The translations under genes were made by a program, and so were the position numbers. DNA of 64,000 nt, taken from NCBI GenBank assembly GCA_963758295.1, contig CAVWUU010000003.1:64001-128000 (forward strand), read 5' to 3'. Below the pieces are notes generated by a model. The model was not told where the DNA came from and ran no database searches. It worked only from the letters and a program-made list of their open reading frames with translations. Of the stretch, positions 20,037 to 30,949 are shown one piece after another; within the stretch, counting starts at the first letter, position 1, and each line of letters starts with the position of its first letter. This DNA is from Candidatus Eremiobacteria bacterium (lineage in GTDB: Bacteria > Vulcanimicrobiota > Vulcanimicrobiia > Vulcanimicrobiales > Vulcanimicrobiaceae).

Positions 20037-20114
20037 TGCGCGCGCGTCACACGCGTACGCGACGCACGCGCGCGTGTCGCATGCGTGCGCGTCACGCGTA
20101 CGCATACGCGCACG
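20037..20114. repeat. Alternating purine-pyrimidine tract (Z-DNA/cruciform-prone)
   Basis: 78 bp of RY alternation (CG/CA/TG-rich) with only 4 phase breaks; internal repeat GCGCGTCAC(AC)GCGTACGC occurs twice. Confidence 0.85.
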
Positions 20115-20196
20115 AGACGACGACACGACAAGACGAAATCACAACGATCAAAAGGTTTTCAGCGGTTCGAGTAGTCCATTGGTAGGGCCCGGGGGT

Positions 20197-20226
20197 TTGC
20201 CCGGGATTGACGGCCGGGAGTATACT
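20197..20226 (+). promoter_or_regulatory. Sigma70-type promoter of topA (probably leaderless)
   Basis: TTGCCC-N18-TATACT, 7 nt before GTG 20234, no SD. Confidence 0.6.
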
Positions 20227-20233
20227 AAGCCCC

Positions 20234-22367
20234 GTGAAAAAGCCCCTGATCATCGTCGAGTCGCCGACCAAGGCTCGGACGATCAAGAAGTTTCTCCCCG
20301 CGCGGTACGTCGTGAAGGCGTCCGTCGGTCACGTCCGCGATCTGCCGAAGAGTACGCTGGGTGTCGACGTGGAGCACGACTTCACGCCGAAGTATCTAAC
20401 GATCAAAGGCAAAGGCGACATTATCAAGGAGCTCAAGAGCGCGGTCAAAGGCGCGAGCGAAGTGTACCTCGCCACCGACCCCGATCGCGAAGGCGAAGCG
20501 ATTGCGTGGCACCTAGCCGAGCTGCTCAAGCTCGAGAACCCCAAGCGCATCGAGCTCCACGAGATTACTAAGGATGCCGCGCTCGCCGCTTTGAAGGACG
20601 CGCACCACATCGACATGGATCGCGTGAACGCGCAACAGGCGCGCCGCATCCTGGACCGTCTTGTTGGATACAAGATCTCGCCGCTGCTGTGGGCTAAGGT
20701 TCGCGGCGGCTTGTCGGCCGGTCGCGTGCAGTCGGTGGCGGTGCGGCTCATCGTGGATCGGGAACGCGAAATCGGCGCCTTCGTTCCAAAAGAGTATTGG
20801 ACCGTTACGGCTCAGTTGGCGAGAGACACGAAGAGCGATCTGGTGTTCCTTGCCGACCTGGTGGCCTTCAAGGGCGAGAAATACGAGATCCGTACAAAGG
20901 AAGAAACGGATCGGGTTCTAGAGGCGATCGATGGTGCACCCTTTACAATCGACTCGATCAAACGCCGAGAAGTAAAGCGAAATGCGCCGGCGCCCTTCAC
21001 GACTTCGACGCTCCAGCAAGAGGCCTCGCGCAAACTGCGAATCCGCGTGCGGCGCGCCATGCAAATCGCACAGGCGCTGTACGAAGGCGTAGATCTCGGC
21101 GGCTCCGAGGGCACCGTCGGTTTGATTACGTACATGCGTACCGACTCGACGCGCATCAGCGATCAGGCGCGGGAAGCGGCTCGCGAATTCATCGTCGACA
21201 CGTACGGCGAAGCGTTTCACGGCGGACGCCAACATAAGGTAAAAGAAGGCGCACAGGACGCGCACGAAGCGATCCGGCCTACCTCGGTTTTGCACACTCC
21301 GGAAAAAGTCGCGCACGTCCTCAAGCGCGACGAACTGCGTCTCTACACGATGATTTGGGAGCGGTTCGTCTCCTCGCAGATGGCCCCGGCGGTCTTCGAT
21401 CAGACGACTGTGGAAATCAAGGTCGCGCGATTACGGTTTCCGCGCGACCGGTAGCGTCATGAAGTTCGCGGGTTTCACCAAGGTGTACGAAGAGGGCCGC
21501 GATGAGGACGGCAAACAGCGCGGACGCGTACGGCTGCCGGAACTCACCGAGGGCGAAGTGCTCGACGTCCGTGCGATCGACCCGAAGCAGCACTTCACCG
21601 AACCCCCGCCGCGCTTCACCGAAGCCACGCTCGTCAAAGCGCTTGAAGAGAACGGCATCGGCCGGCCGTCGACGTACTCGACGATCGTCGATACGATCCA
21701 AGCTCGCGGCTACGTAACGCAAGAAGAACGGCGCTTCAAACCCACCGACATCGGCATCGCCGTGAACGATTTGCTGGCCGAGCATTTCAAAGACATCGTC
21801 GATCTCAAGTTCACGGCGGGCATGGAAGGCGACCTCGATAAAGTAGCCGAGGGCCACGAAGACTGGGTCGGGATTCTGCGCAGCTTCTACGGACCGTTTG
21901 CGACCGAACTCGAAGAAGCCGAGAAGAAACTTCCCAAGCTCGAAGTCAAAGACGAGCCGACCGACGAGATCTGCCAGAATTGCGCACGGCCCATGGTCAT
22001 CAAGACCGGACGTTTCGGCAAATTCATCTCGTGCACGGGCTATCCCGAATGCAAGACGACCAAACCGATCGTCAAAGACACGGGAGCGAAATGCCCCAAA
22101 GACGGCGGCATGATCGTGGAACGCCGGTCCAAGAAGGGACGCACGTTCTACGGCTGCGCAAATTATCCGAACTGCGACTTCGTGTCGTGGGATCGCGTAA
22201 TCCCCGAGCCCTGTCCGGTGTGCGGAAGCTACGTCGTCGCAAAGACGCGGCGCGGCGGCAACGTGCATCTGGAGTGTGCGGCGGATAAGGAACACGACGT
22301 GTCGTCGCTCGTGAAGCCCGCGCCGGGCGAAGAACCGACGGACGACCGGGAACTCGCCGAAGTTTGA
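20234..22367 (+). CDS. topA: DNA topoisomerase I with C-terminal zinc ribbons (frameshift near 21424)
   Basis: IVESPTKA, ATDPDREGE, SAGRVQS, ITYMRTDS, DAHEAIRPT, GIGRPSTY, C4 zinc ribbons. Confidence 0.97.
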
Positions 22368-23719
22368 GACTCACCGTAATCGGAGGCGGCCTCGCGGGAT
22401 GCGAGGCAGCATGGCAAGCGGCGCAACGCGGCGTCGACGTAGATCTGTACGAGATGCGGCCGCATCGGAGCGGCCCGGCGCACAAGACCAGCCGTCTCGC
22501 GGAACTCGTGTGCAGCAACTCATTGCGCGGCGCGGCGATGGAGAATGCCGTCGGCCTGCTCAAAGAAGAGCTTGCGCGATTAGACTCCTTGATCGTCACG
22601 TCGGCGCGTGAAGCCGCGGTTCCGGCCGGCGGCGCGCTTGCGGTCGACCGTGACCGCTTTGCGGATCGCGTTGAATCGCGCATTGAAGGCCATCCGCGAA
22701 TTATGCTGCATCGCGAGGAAGTGGAATCGATCCCACTCGACCGGCCCGCAATCGTCGCGTGCGGTCCGCTGCCCGGCAGCGCGCTGCTTGCGGACATCGA
22801 CCGGGTGATCGCCCGCGTTTGCGCTGGGGGCGGACGGCTGCATTACTATGATGCCGCATCGCCCATCGTGGCGGCAGACTCCATCGACGAATCGCAGATG
22901 TACCGGAAGTCGCGCTACGAAAAAGGCGACGGCGACGATTACGTAAACATCCCGCTCGATAAAGAGCAGTATCTGCAGTTTTTGCACGACCTGCGCACGC
23001 TCGAACGCCACGCGCCCAAAGAGTTTGAAGCGGACTCCGCAGCGGGCACTCCATACTTCGAGGGCTGTTTGCCGATCGAAGAAATGGCCGATCGCGGCGA
23101 CGACGTCTTACGCTTCGGCCCGATGAAGCCGGTCGGGCTGCGCGATCCGCGCACGGGGAAGACGCCGTACGCCGTGGTGCAGCTACGCAAAGAGAACGTC
23201 GAGGGCACGGCGTTCAACCTCGTCGGTTTTCAGACGCGCCTCGCTTGGGGCGCACAGAAAGAGACGTTTGGGAAATTTCCGGGCCTCGCGAATGCTGAAT
23301 GGCTGCGCTTGGGCGTGATGCATCGGAACACGTTCATCGACTCGCCGCGCCTGCTCGACGGATATCTGAAATTGCGCGGAACCGGCGCGCTCTATTTTGC
23401 GGGGCAGATTACGGGCGCCGAAGGTTACGTCGAAGCTGCGGCGTGCGGCGCGATGACGGGCATTCACGCAAGCCGGGAGATGCTGGGCTTAGCGCCGGTC
23501 GACGTTCCGCGCGCGAGCGCGCTCGGCGCGGTGGTCGCACACTTGCAAAACACCGAAACGCACGACTTCCAACCGGCGAACGTCACATGGGCACCGTTCC
23601 CGGCGCTCGAACAACCCATTCGCGATAAAAAAGAGCGGCGCCGGCAGATGGCCGAGCGCGCGCTCTTGGAGCTGGAAGCGTTTAGCGCAGCGATTGCCGC
23701 AACGCCTGCTGCCGTTTAA
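22364..23719 (+). CDS. trmFO: Folate/FAD-dependent tRNA (uracil-5-)-methyltransferase
   Basis: GGGLAGCEAA, AELVCSNS, YFEGCLPIE, FGPMKPVGL, GVMHRNTF. Confidence 0.96.
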   Translation: MRLTVIGGGLAGCEAAWQAAQRGVDVDLYEMRPHRSGPAHKTSRLAELVCSNSLRGAAMENAVGLLKEELARLDSLIVTSAREAAVPAGGALAVDRDRFADRVESRIEGHPRIMLHREEVESIPLDRPAIVACGPLPGSALLADIDRVIARVCAGGGRLHYYDAASPIVAADSIDESQMYRKSRYEKGDGDDYVNIPLDKEQYLQFLHDLRTLERHAPKEFEADSAAGTPYFEGCLPIEEMADRGDDVLRFGPMKPVGLRDPRTGKTPYAVVQLRKENVEGTAFNLVGFQTRLAWGAQKETFGKFPGLANAEWLRLGVMHRNTFIDSPRLLDGYLKLRGTGALYFAGQITGAEGYVEAAACGAMTGIHASREMLGLAPVDVPRASALGAVVAHLQNTETHDFQPANVTWAPFPALEQPIRDKKERRRQMAERALLELEAFSAAIAATPAAV

Positions 23720-24429
23720 CGAATCGCGTAGGTAATCGACACGCTCGAGTGCACGGGTATCATTAGATAGTCTTTGTGTTCGACGGCATTGCCAAAGGGC
23801 GAAATGGCGTAGGTCGTAGTGCAGGTACCGTCCGGCGCACTCCGATCGTTCGCGGTTATGGAAAGCACGCCGCCGAGGTTTGCGCCGATTTGCTTCGCAA
23901 TGCTCGCCGCTTTGTCGTGAGCTTGGGCGATGGCCGCGTCGCGCGCCTGCGTTTCAGCCGGAGCGCAATTCGGCGCTTGCAGCATAATCTGCGCGTCTTG
24001 CAACGCCGCGCCCGGGATATTGGCAATGGCTGCGCCGACCGAACTTACGCCCTTGTCGATCGATTCCGGAATCGGATGCGGTACAGTACCGGAGATCGAC
24101 GCAAATGGCGCGTTCCCGGGCGCGCTGAAATTCGGCGGAAGCTCGATGGAGCTACGCTCAACGCCCGAGGCAATCAACGCGTCTATCACCGGTTGCAAAA
24201 CCGTGCGGTTGAAGAGCGGCGCCGTCGTGCGACTCCCGAGCCGCAGGGTGATCCGGGCCGACGCAGCGGTCACTTTCCCCGTGGCGCTCGCGTTGACTGT
24301 GATGCCTTGCCGCTGCGTTTCATACGGCTGGTTCCCGCGGGCGGGCGGAGGCGGAATGAATTGCGCTTGCGCGCCTGCGGCCGCCGGCATTAATAAGGCA
24401 GCAGCCAAGAAACCCCACACTCTTTTCAT
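23716..24429 (-). CDS. SIMPL (DUF541)-like exported protein
   Basis: Signal peptide; [46 protein letters not shown]-terminus. Confidence 0.7.
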   Translation of the reverse strand: MKRVWGFLAAALLMPAAAGAQAQFIPPPPARGNQPYETQRQGITVNASATGKVTAASARITLRLGSRTTAPLFNRTVLQPVIDALIASGVERSSIELPPNFSAPGNAPFASISGTVPHPIPESIDKGVSSVGAAIANIPGAALQDAQIMLQAPNCAPAETQARDAAIAQAHDKAASIAKQIGANLGGVLSITANDRSAPDGTCTTTYAISPFGNAVEHKDYLMIPVHSSVSITYAIR

Positions 24430-24507
24430 AAAGCGCTGTCTTGTAGGGCGGGCAGACCAAGCCTTCTGAAACTCTCGACCCGGGGCGTGGGTAGAAGTGG
24501 AGCGACT

Positions 24508-25041
24508 ATGAAGATTCGTTCAACGACGATCCTTGCCGTTCGCCGCGACGGCATGCTGGCGATTGCCGGCGACGGCCAGGTGACGTTCGACAAGACCATC
24601 ATGAAGCACAGCGCGCGTAAAGTGCGCAAGATCGCGGGGGGCAAGGTCGTTGCGGGCTTTGCGGGATCCGCGGCCGACGGCATTACTCTGCTCGAGAAGT
24701 TCGAAAAGAAGTACAACGAGTTCAAAGACGTGACGCGCGCGGCCGTTGAGCTCGCGAAAGACTGGCGGCAAGACCGCGCGTTGCGCCGTTTGGAAGCCTT
24801 ACTCATCGTGGGGACGCCCGAGCATCTTTTCGTCCTCTCAGGAACCGGTGATGTAATCGAACCGGACGAAGGCATTGCGGCAATCGGCAGCGGCGGTCCG
24901 TACGCTCAAGCGGCCGCGGCAGCGCTGATTCGCAACAGCGATCTTCCCGCGGACCAAGTTGCGCGCAAAGGTCTGGAAATCGCGGGCGAGATTTGCATTT
25001 ACACCAACGACGACATTACGCTCGAGAGTCTGTCCGCATGA
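24508..25041 (+). CDS. hslV: ATP-dependent protease subunit HslV
   Basis: [33 protein letters not shown]. Confidence 0.97.
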   Translation: MKIRSTTILAVRRDGMLAIAGDGQVTFDKTIMKHSARKVRKIAGGKVVAGFAGSAADGITLLEKFEKKYNEFKDVTRAAVELAKDWRQDRALRRLEALLIVGTPEHLFVLSGTGDVIEPDEGIAAIGSGGPYAQAAAAALIRNSDLPADQVARKGLEIAGEICIYTNDDITLESLSA

Positions 25042-26486
25042 CCGCGACTCCCAAGGAAGTCAATGCGCTTACGCCGCGACAGATCGTGGCGGAGCTCGAC
25101 AAGTACATCGTGGGCCAAGCCAAAGCCAAGCGCGCCGTAGCGATCGCATTGCGCAACCGCTACCGGCGCGCGCGCGTTCGCGAAGACCTGCGTAACGAAA
25201 TCACGCCGAAAAATATTCTCATGATCGGGCCGACCGGTGTCGGCAAAACGGAAATCGCCCGGCGCCTTGCCGGGCTCGTCGGTGCGCCCTTCGTGAAAGT
25301 TGAAGCGACGAAGTATACCGAAGTCGGCTACGTAGGACGCGACGTCGAATCGATGGTGCGGGATCTTGTCGAGGCGGCAATCCGCATGCTCAGCGACGAA
25401 CGCCGCTCCGAGGTGGCCGAACTCGCGGAGAAACACGCCGTCGAGCGAATCATCGATGTACTCAATCCGGAAACCGCTCCGCGCCAGCAGCAACAAAATG
25501 CCAACCCGTTTGCGCAGACGTTGGGATCGATTTTCGGCAACAACTACAATGCTCCGCAGCCTCCGCCCCCGCAGCCGCCTCAAGCGCCGGCATCGGAAGT
25601 GTCGCGCATTCGCGAACAGACTCGTTCCGAAATCGAGCGCGGCTTCTACGATGTCCGCCTGATCGAAATCGACGTCGAAGAACAAGCGAGTTTGCCCATC
25701 GGCGTAATCGGCGGTGGAATGGATCAAGGCGGCATGGGCGGTAACGACATCGGCGAGATGCTCGGCGGATTGATGCCTAAGCGCCGCAGTAAGAAGCGTG
25801 TTACCGTCTCCGAAGCCCGCCGCGTCTTTGCGCAAGAAGAAGCGAACAAGTTGATCGACATGGACGCGGTGAAGCGCGAGGCACTACGGCGCGCTGCCGA
25901 AGACGGCATCATCTTTATCGACGAGATCGACAAAGTCGCCGGCCGCGAAGGCTCTCGCGGAGGCCCTGACGTTTCACGCGAAGGCGTACAGCGCGATATT
26001 CTGCCGATCGTCGAAGGATCGACCGTAACCACGAAACATGGCGCGATAAAGACCGATCACGTGCTGTTCATCGCAGCCGGAGCTTTCCACATCAGCAAGC
26101 CGTCGGATCTGATTCCGGAGCTGCAAGGGCGTTTTCCGATTCGCGTAGAGCTGGACTCGCTCACCGCGGAAGACTTCAAAACCATTTTGACGCAACCGAA
26201 GAACGCGCTGATCGAGCAGTACAAGGCGTTGCTTGAAACCGAAGACGTGGCGCTTGACTTCAAGGACGAAGCTATCGACCAAGTGGCGCGTTTCGCAATG
26301 CAGGTGAACGAGCAAAGTGAGAACATCGGCGCGCGCCGCCTTCACACGGTGCTGGAGCGGCTTCTAGAAGATGTGAGTTATGGAGCGCCGGACGAAACTG
26401 GAGCGGTCACGATCGATGCCGCCTACGTGCGCGAACGCTTGCAGGACGTCGTCGAAAACGCGGATCTCTCCGGGTACATTCTTTAG
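25038..26486 (+). CDS. hslU: ATP-dependent protease ATPase subunit HslU
   Basis: [31 protein letters not shown]. Confidence 0.97.
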   Translation: MTATPKEVNALTPRQIVAELDKYIVGQAKAKRAVAIALRNRYRRARVREDLRNEITPKNILMIGPTGVGKTEIARRLAGLVGAPFVKVEATKYTEVGYVGRDVESMVRDLVEAAIRMLSDERRSEVAELAEKHAVERIIDVLNPETAPRQQQQNANPFAQTLGSIFGNNYNAPQPPPPQPPQAPASEVSRIREQTRSEIERGFYDVRLIEIDVEEQASLPIGVIGGGMDQGGMGGNDIGEMLGGLMPKRRSKKRVTVSEARRVFAQEEANKLIDMDAVKREALRRAAEDGIIFIDEIDKVAGREGSRGGPDVSREGVQRDILPIVEGSTVTTKHGAIKTDHVLFIAAGAFHISKPSDLIPELQGRFPIRVELDSLTAEDFKTILTQPKNALIEQYKALLETEDVALDFKDEAIDQVARFAMQVNEQSENIGARRLHTVLERLLEDVSYGAPDETGAVTIDAAYVRERLQDVVENADLSGYIL

Positions 26487-26501
26487 GGGGACGTCTCGTC
26501 T

Positions 26502-26978
26502 ATGAATATCCGAACCCTTTTCCTAGGACTGGCACTCGGAAGCGGAGTGCTCCTCGCCGCATGTGGCGGCGGAACGACCGTAACGGGTCCGACACCTGGT
26601 CCGACGTGCGGACCGGCCAACATTCAATCGGAGCTGATTTATCCGCAGCCCAGTGCAACCGGGGTTACGGACAATCTTGCGCAGATTGTGATTGCCGTAA
26701 GCTCCCCGTTGCCGATCAATACGTTCAACCTTGCGTTGACCGCCTTGAACAACGGCGGTGGAACGGCTCTAACGGCGAACCCGCTCGCCCAGATTTCGGC
26801 GAGCCAGCTTCCGGCCGGGTCTGCAACGGCGACCATTCCGAACCCGACGTACGAAGCAGTGAATCTCATCGCGAATCTTCCGTCGGCTACTCAGATCCAA
26901 ACCGCCATCAACGATCCCGGCAACCCTAACAACTGCACGCCCCAAAATATTCCAAACGGCACTTTCACTACCCAGTAG
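26502..26978 (+). CDS. Hypothetical lipoprotein
   Basis: Lipobox LAAC-GGG; P/T/N-rich; two further Cys. Confidence 0.75.
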   Translation: MNIRTLFLGLALGSGVLLAACGGGTTVTGPTPGPTCGPANIQSELIYPQPSATGVTDNLAQIVIAVSSPLPINTFNLALTALNNGGGTALTANPLAQISASQLPAGSATATIPNPTYEAVNLIANLPSATQIQTAINDPGNPNNCTPQNIPNGTFTTQ

Positions 26979-27104
26979 GCTCGGTGAGGTGGCCAAGCTT
27001 TGGCATCGCGGACGGCGGCTTTGGACCGCTGCTCGCGATGGCCCGTGGGGCAGGCAAGGGAGCCTGCCGCTAGAGTTTGGTCGCATGCGTAGAATAGAGA
27101 GGCC

Positions 27105-27629
27105 ATGCCCTACATCCGCGAGATCATTACCGACGGTCATCCCACGCTTCGGAAAGTAGCGAAGAAAGTCGATCCTAAAGAGATCGCCGATCCGCTTTTT
27201 CAGCAGCTGATCGACGATATGTTCGAAACGATGTATGCCGCGCCCGGCGTCGGGCTTGCCGCGCCGCAGGTCAACGTCTCCAAGCGCATGTTCGTAATGG
27301 ACGTTCAGGAAGACGAGCACGAACCCGCCGTCGTTATCAACCCGAAGTTCGAACTGACCGAGCAGGAAGAAGAGATGACCGAGGGCTGTCTCTCCGTCCC
27401 CGGCTTCGTAGGCGAGATCACGCGCTTCCATCGCGTAGCCGTTACGGGCCTCGACCGCTATGGCGACAAGATCCGTTTGGAAGGCGAAGGTCTCTTCGCG
27501 CAGTGCTTGCAGCATGAGATCGATCATCTCAACGGCGTGCTGTACGTTGATAAAGCCAAGAACGTTCGCAAAGCGCAGACCGACGAAGAAGTCGCGGTCG
27601 CTGAAGCCGCGGCAGTCGAAGCTTACTAA
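27105..27629 (+). CDS. def: Peptide deformylase
   Basis: GVGLAAPQ, EGCLS, QHEIDHLNG. Confidence 0.97.
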   Translation: MPYIREIITDGHPTLRKVAKKVDPKEIADPLFQQLIDDMFETMYAAPGVGLAAPQVNVSKRMFVMDVQEDEHEPAVVINPKFELTEQEEEMTEGCLSVPGFVGEITRFHRVAVTGLDRYGDKIRLEGEGLFAQCLQHEIDHLNGVLYVDKAKNVRKAQTDEEVAVAEAAAVEAY

Positions 27630-27640
27630 ACCCGCCGCTA

Positions 27641-28477
27641 GTGAAGACGCTTTTTTTTGGCACCAGCGACTTTGCCGTGCCGAGCTTGCACGTGCTCGCT
27701 GCGCGCACGTCGCTCTTTGGCGTCGTAACGCAACCCGACCGGCCTGCCGGCCGAGGGCACAAGCTCATGCCGACGCCCGTGAAAGCGGCGGCGCGCGATT
27801 TGGGCGTTCGCGTCTTCGAGCCGCTAAAACTCAAAGTGTTGGCCGAAGAGCTTGCCGGTGAATCGTTCGATCTCTTCGCACTGGCGTCGTACGGCCGGAT
27901 CTTACCGCAAGCCCTATTGGATCTTCCGCGTCTTGGAGCGTTAAACGTGCACCCGTCGCTGTTGCCGAAGTATCGCGGGGCGACGCCGATTCAAAGCGCC
28001 TTGCGTAACGGCGATGCGGAAACCGGCGTGAGCATCATGTTTATGGATGCCGGCATGGACACCGGGCCGCTGCTGATTCAGGAGCGGGTGGGCATCGAAG
28101 CATCGGACGACTACGGCACGTTGCACGACCGTCTCGCGTTTTACGGCGGCGAGCTGCTCGGCGAAGCACTGGATCGGGCGGCCGCCGGTGAATTGAAATC
28201 CCAGCCGCAACTTGGGGAACCCTCGATCACGCGCCCCATTGGAAAGGACGATTTGAACATCGATTGGACGTGGCCGCCGCACAAAGTGCTGGACACGATT
28301 CGCGCATTTGCGCCGCAGCCGGGAGCCCGCGCGACGATCGACGGCGAGACGGTGAAGGTGTTGCGCGCGCATCTCGACGGCGAGCGCGTCGTAATCGACG
28401 AGTTGATCGCGCCGAATCGCGGACGCATGACCGGTGAAGCCTACGAGCAATCGCGCCGCGCGCGTGAACGCGCATGA
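27641..28477 (+). CDS. fmt: Methionyl-tRNA formyltransferase (compact C-terminal domain)
   Basis: FFGTSDFA, VTQPDRPAGRG, NVHPSLLPKYRGATPI, MDTG. Confidence 0.95.
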   Translation: MKTLFFGTSDFAVPSLHVLAARTSLFGVVTQPDRPAGRGHKLMPTPVKAAARDLGVRVFEPLKLKVLAEELAGESFDLFALASYGRILPQALLDLPRLGALNVHPSLLPKYRGATPIQSALRNGDAETGVSIMFMDAGMDTGPLLIQERVGIEASDDYGTLHDRLAFYGGELLGEALDRAAAGELKSQPQLGEPSITRPIGKDDLNIDWTWPPHKVLDTIRAFAPQPGARATIDGETVKVLRAHLDGERVVIDELIAPNRGRMTGEAYEQSRRARERA

Positions 28478-29809
28478 CCGGCGCACGCGACGTAGCCCTC
28501 CAAACGGTGCGCGATGTATTTCCGGCGCCACCGCAAAGCGTCGAGCGCGGCGCTCAAGAAGCGCTCGATTATCGCGCGCAAAAAGTAAGTCTCGAGCCGC
28601 GCGATCGTGCGTTTGCCACCGAACTTGCCTACGGCGCCATCAAGATGCGTCGCACGCTAGATTGGTATTTGCAACCTTTTATCGGCGGACGCGAACAGCC
28701 GCTGCCGCCCGTGATTCGTGAAGTCTTGCGTCTGGCGGTTTACGAACTCGTTTACACGCGTCCGGACGTGCACGCCACGGTCTTTGAATGGGTCAACGTG
28801 GCGAAACGTTACGGGCACCGCGGCGTCGCAAATCTCGTAAACGCCGTGTTACGTTCGTTCTTGCGCGATACGCCGCTGGAACCGTCACGCGAAAGTTTCG
28901 AAAGTGAAGAAGAGTACCTAGGAACGCGCTATTCGCTTCCCACGTGGCTGGTTCGCCAATGGCAAACCGTCTTCGGTGAACGCGCAGAGACGATTTGCGA
29001 AGCCGTGAACGCGCCGGCCGCAACCGCCATCACCGTAAACGGTTGTAAGACCACCGCGTTCGACCTGCTCGAGCGCTTGCGCAGCGATAAAGTGGAAGTC
29101 GAGCCGTCGACGTGGGTAGGTGAATCGCTGCTGGTCGGTGACGGCGGCTACGTCCGCCGCAAAGAGCCCTGCGGCAAAAGGCGAATGGTGGATTCAATCC
29201 GAGAGTTCGGCCATGCCGGTCGACATCATGAATCCGCAACCCGGTGAGGCCGTCCTCGACGTCTGCAGCGGGCGCGGCAATAAGGCGATGCAAACCGCTT
29301 CGCGCATGCAGGCCGAGGGCACGCTGACGTGTATCGAACGCGAAGAAAAGAAGGCCTCCGTCCTCCAAACGCGGATGCAAGAAGCCGGCTTATCCGCGGC
29401 GGTCATCGTCGGCGACGCCGCACAACCGGTGCTGCCCGAAGGCAAACGCTTCGACCGCGTCCTCATCGACGCGCCGTGTTCCGGCATCGGAGTCATCGGA
29501 CGGCACCCCGAAGCGCGCTGGAAGAAGCAGCCGGGCGACGGCGAACGTCTCGCCGGGACGCAGCGCGCAATTCTGGAAAGCATTGCCTCTGCGGTCTTCG
29601 AGGGCGGTGCGCTAATTTATGCGGTGTGCTCCACCGACCCGAGAGAAACGGTCGAAGTGGTCGACGCGTTTTTGGCAGGGCAGCAGTTCGAACGCGGGCT
29701 CATCCCCGCGTCTTACGAAGCGTTCCTCACCGAAAGCGGCGACGTTTTGATTCCCCCGGGGATCGAAGGACGGGACGGATTCTACATCGCGAGGCTGGAG
29801 CGCCGCTAA
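28474..29809 (+). CDS. rsmB: 16S rRNA m5C967 methyltransferase RsmB/Sun (frameshift near 29165)
   Basis: NusB-like N-domain (LVNAVLR), LDVCSGRGNK, DAPCSG, YAVCS, DGFYIARL. Confidence 0.92.
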
Positions 29810-29828
29810 TCCAAAGGCGAAGGCAACG

Positions 29829-30530
29829 ATGAGCTGGTTTGCGCGAATCGAACAGGCGTGTGCGGCGTTTATCGAGCGCACTTTCGCCAAAACATTTCCG
29901 AGCGATCTGGAACCGGCCCAGGTTGCGCGCAAGCTCGTTGCGACCATGGAAGCGCGCACGCGTGGAGACGACGGCCATCTTCTGGCCCCGGGATCGTATA
30001 TCGTGTACGTCAATCCCGAAGACGACGCGCGCCTGCGCGAGCACCGCGCCTATCTGGAACGCGAGTGGGCCGAGTTGCTGCGAGACATGGCGGGCCGCGT
30101 CGGCGTCTACTTCTTCGACGGTGGGCCGAAAGTGCAGATGCAAGCCCGTGACAGCGTTCCGCTCGGCGCCGTTGACGTCATGGTCGCTAGCGACGTGACG
30201 ATTCAAATTCCCGATGCGGTCGCAAAAACGCCGCCGCAGCGTTTCCACCTTAGAATGATCAAAGGCGTGCCTGCATACGGCGTTTATTTCATCGAAGGCA
30301 AAGTGACGGTCGGACGAAGCGAAGAGAGCGACATCTTCCTCGTCGATCCGAGCGTTTCGCGCAATCACGCGGAAATGGAACTGGATAGAGAAGGCCCGCT
30401 GGTGCGAGATCTCGCCTCGACCAACGGCACGTTCGTCAACGGCGATCGCATCGAAGGCGCGCGCCATGTTTTTTCCGGCGACGTCTTGACGTTCGGCAAC
30501 ACGCAACTTCGCGTGGAGTCGCGTGAATGA
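29829..30530 (+). CDS. fhaA: FhaA-like protein (DUF3662 + FHA)
   Basis: N-terminal DUF3662-like region; FHA motifs VGR..VSRNHA..STNGT. Confidence 0.82.
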   Translation: MSWFARIEQACAAFIERTFAKTFPSDLEPAQVARKLVATMEARTRGDDGHLLAPGSYIVYVNPEDDARLREHRAYLEREWAELLRDMAGRVGVYFFDGGPKVQMQARDSVPLGAVDVMVASDVTIQIPDAVAKTPPQRFHLRMIKGVPAYGVYFIEGKVTVGRSEESDIFLVDPSVSRNHAEMELDREGPLVRDLASTNGTFVNGDRIEGARHVFSGDVLTFGNTQLRVESRE

Positions 30531-30949
30531 GTTTCGACGCGCACATGCGAGTTGGCTCGCTAGAGATGGTCGCGGTGCTTTTTGCAGTCGCGGCGATTGC
30601 AGCGCGGCCACGCTTGGGCGCTTCGCAGGAGCTGGGACAGCTACGGCCGGTCCGCGTGGCGCTGAAGATCGTAGCGTTCGGCGGCGAGCGTCCGTTCGAG
30701 AGCCTCTCGCCGCTCACCATCGGCCGTGCGCCGGACCTCGAGCTGACGCTTCCGGACGCGGAAGTGAGCCGCCGCCACGCCCGCCTGGAAACCCATGGCA
30801 AAGTCGTCTACCTGCGCGACCTCGAGAGCAGCAATGGGACGTTTTTGAACGGTCGCCGGATCTCGAGCGCCATAGAAATCCGCCCAGGAGACGCCATAGA
30901 TATTGGAACGACGCGCCTGATTGTGGAACAATTGAAACCGTGGACGTAG
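30527..30949 (+). CDS. Membrane-anchored FHA protein (FhaB/FipA-like)
   Basis: N-terminal hydrophobic helix; IGR..VSRRHA..SSNGT. Confidence 0.85.
   Translation: MSFDAHMRVGSLEMVAVLFAVAAIAARPRLGASQELGQLRPVRVALKIVAFGGERPFESLSPLTIGRAPDLELTLPDAEVSRRHARLETHGKVVYLRDLESSNGTFLNGRRISSAIEIRPGDAIDIGTTRLIVEQLKPWT

Noticed and set aside
19278..20571. Long alternative ORFs over the repeat gene (LRPPVAF-type 380 aa and others)
   Set aside because: Stop-free shadows of the repeat; only the GGRKK frame has an SD, promoter and terminator
7175..21430. Programmed frameshifting or pseudogenisation of dxs, oppD-like and topA
   Set aside because: No consistent slippery heptamers; indels are scattered across many unrelated genes, as expected from sequencing error
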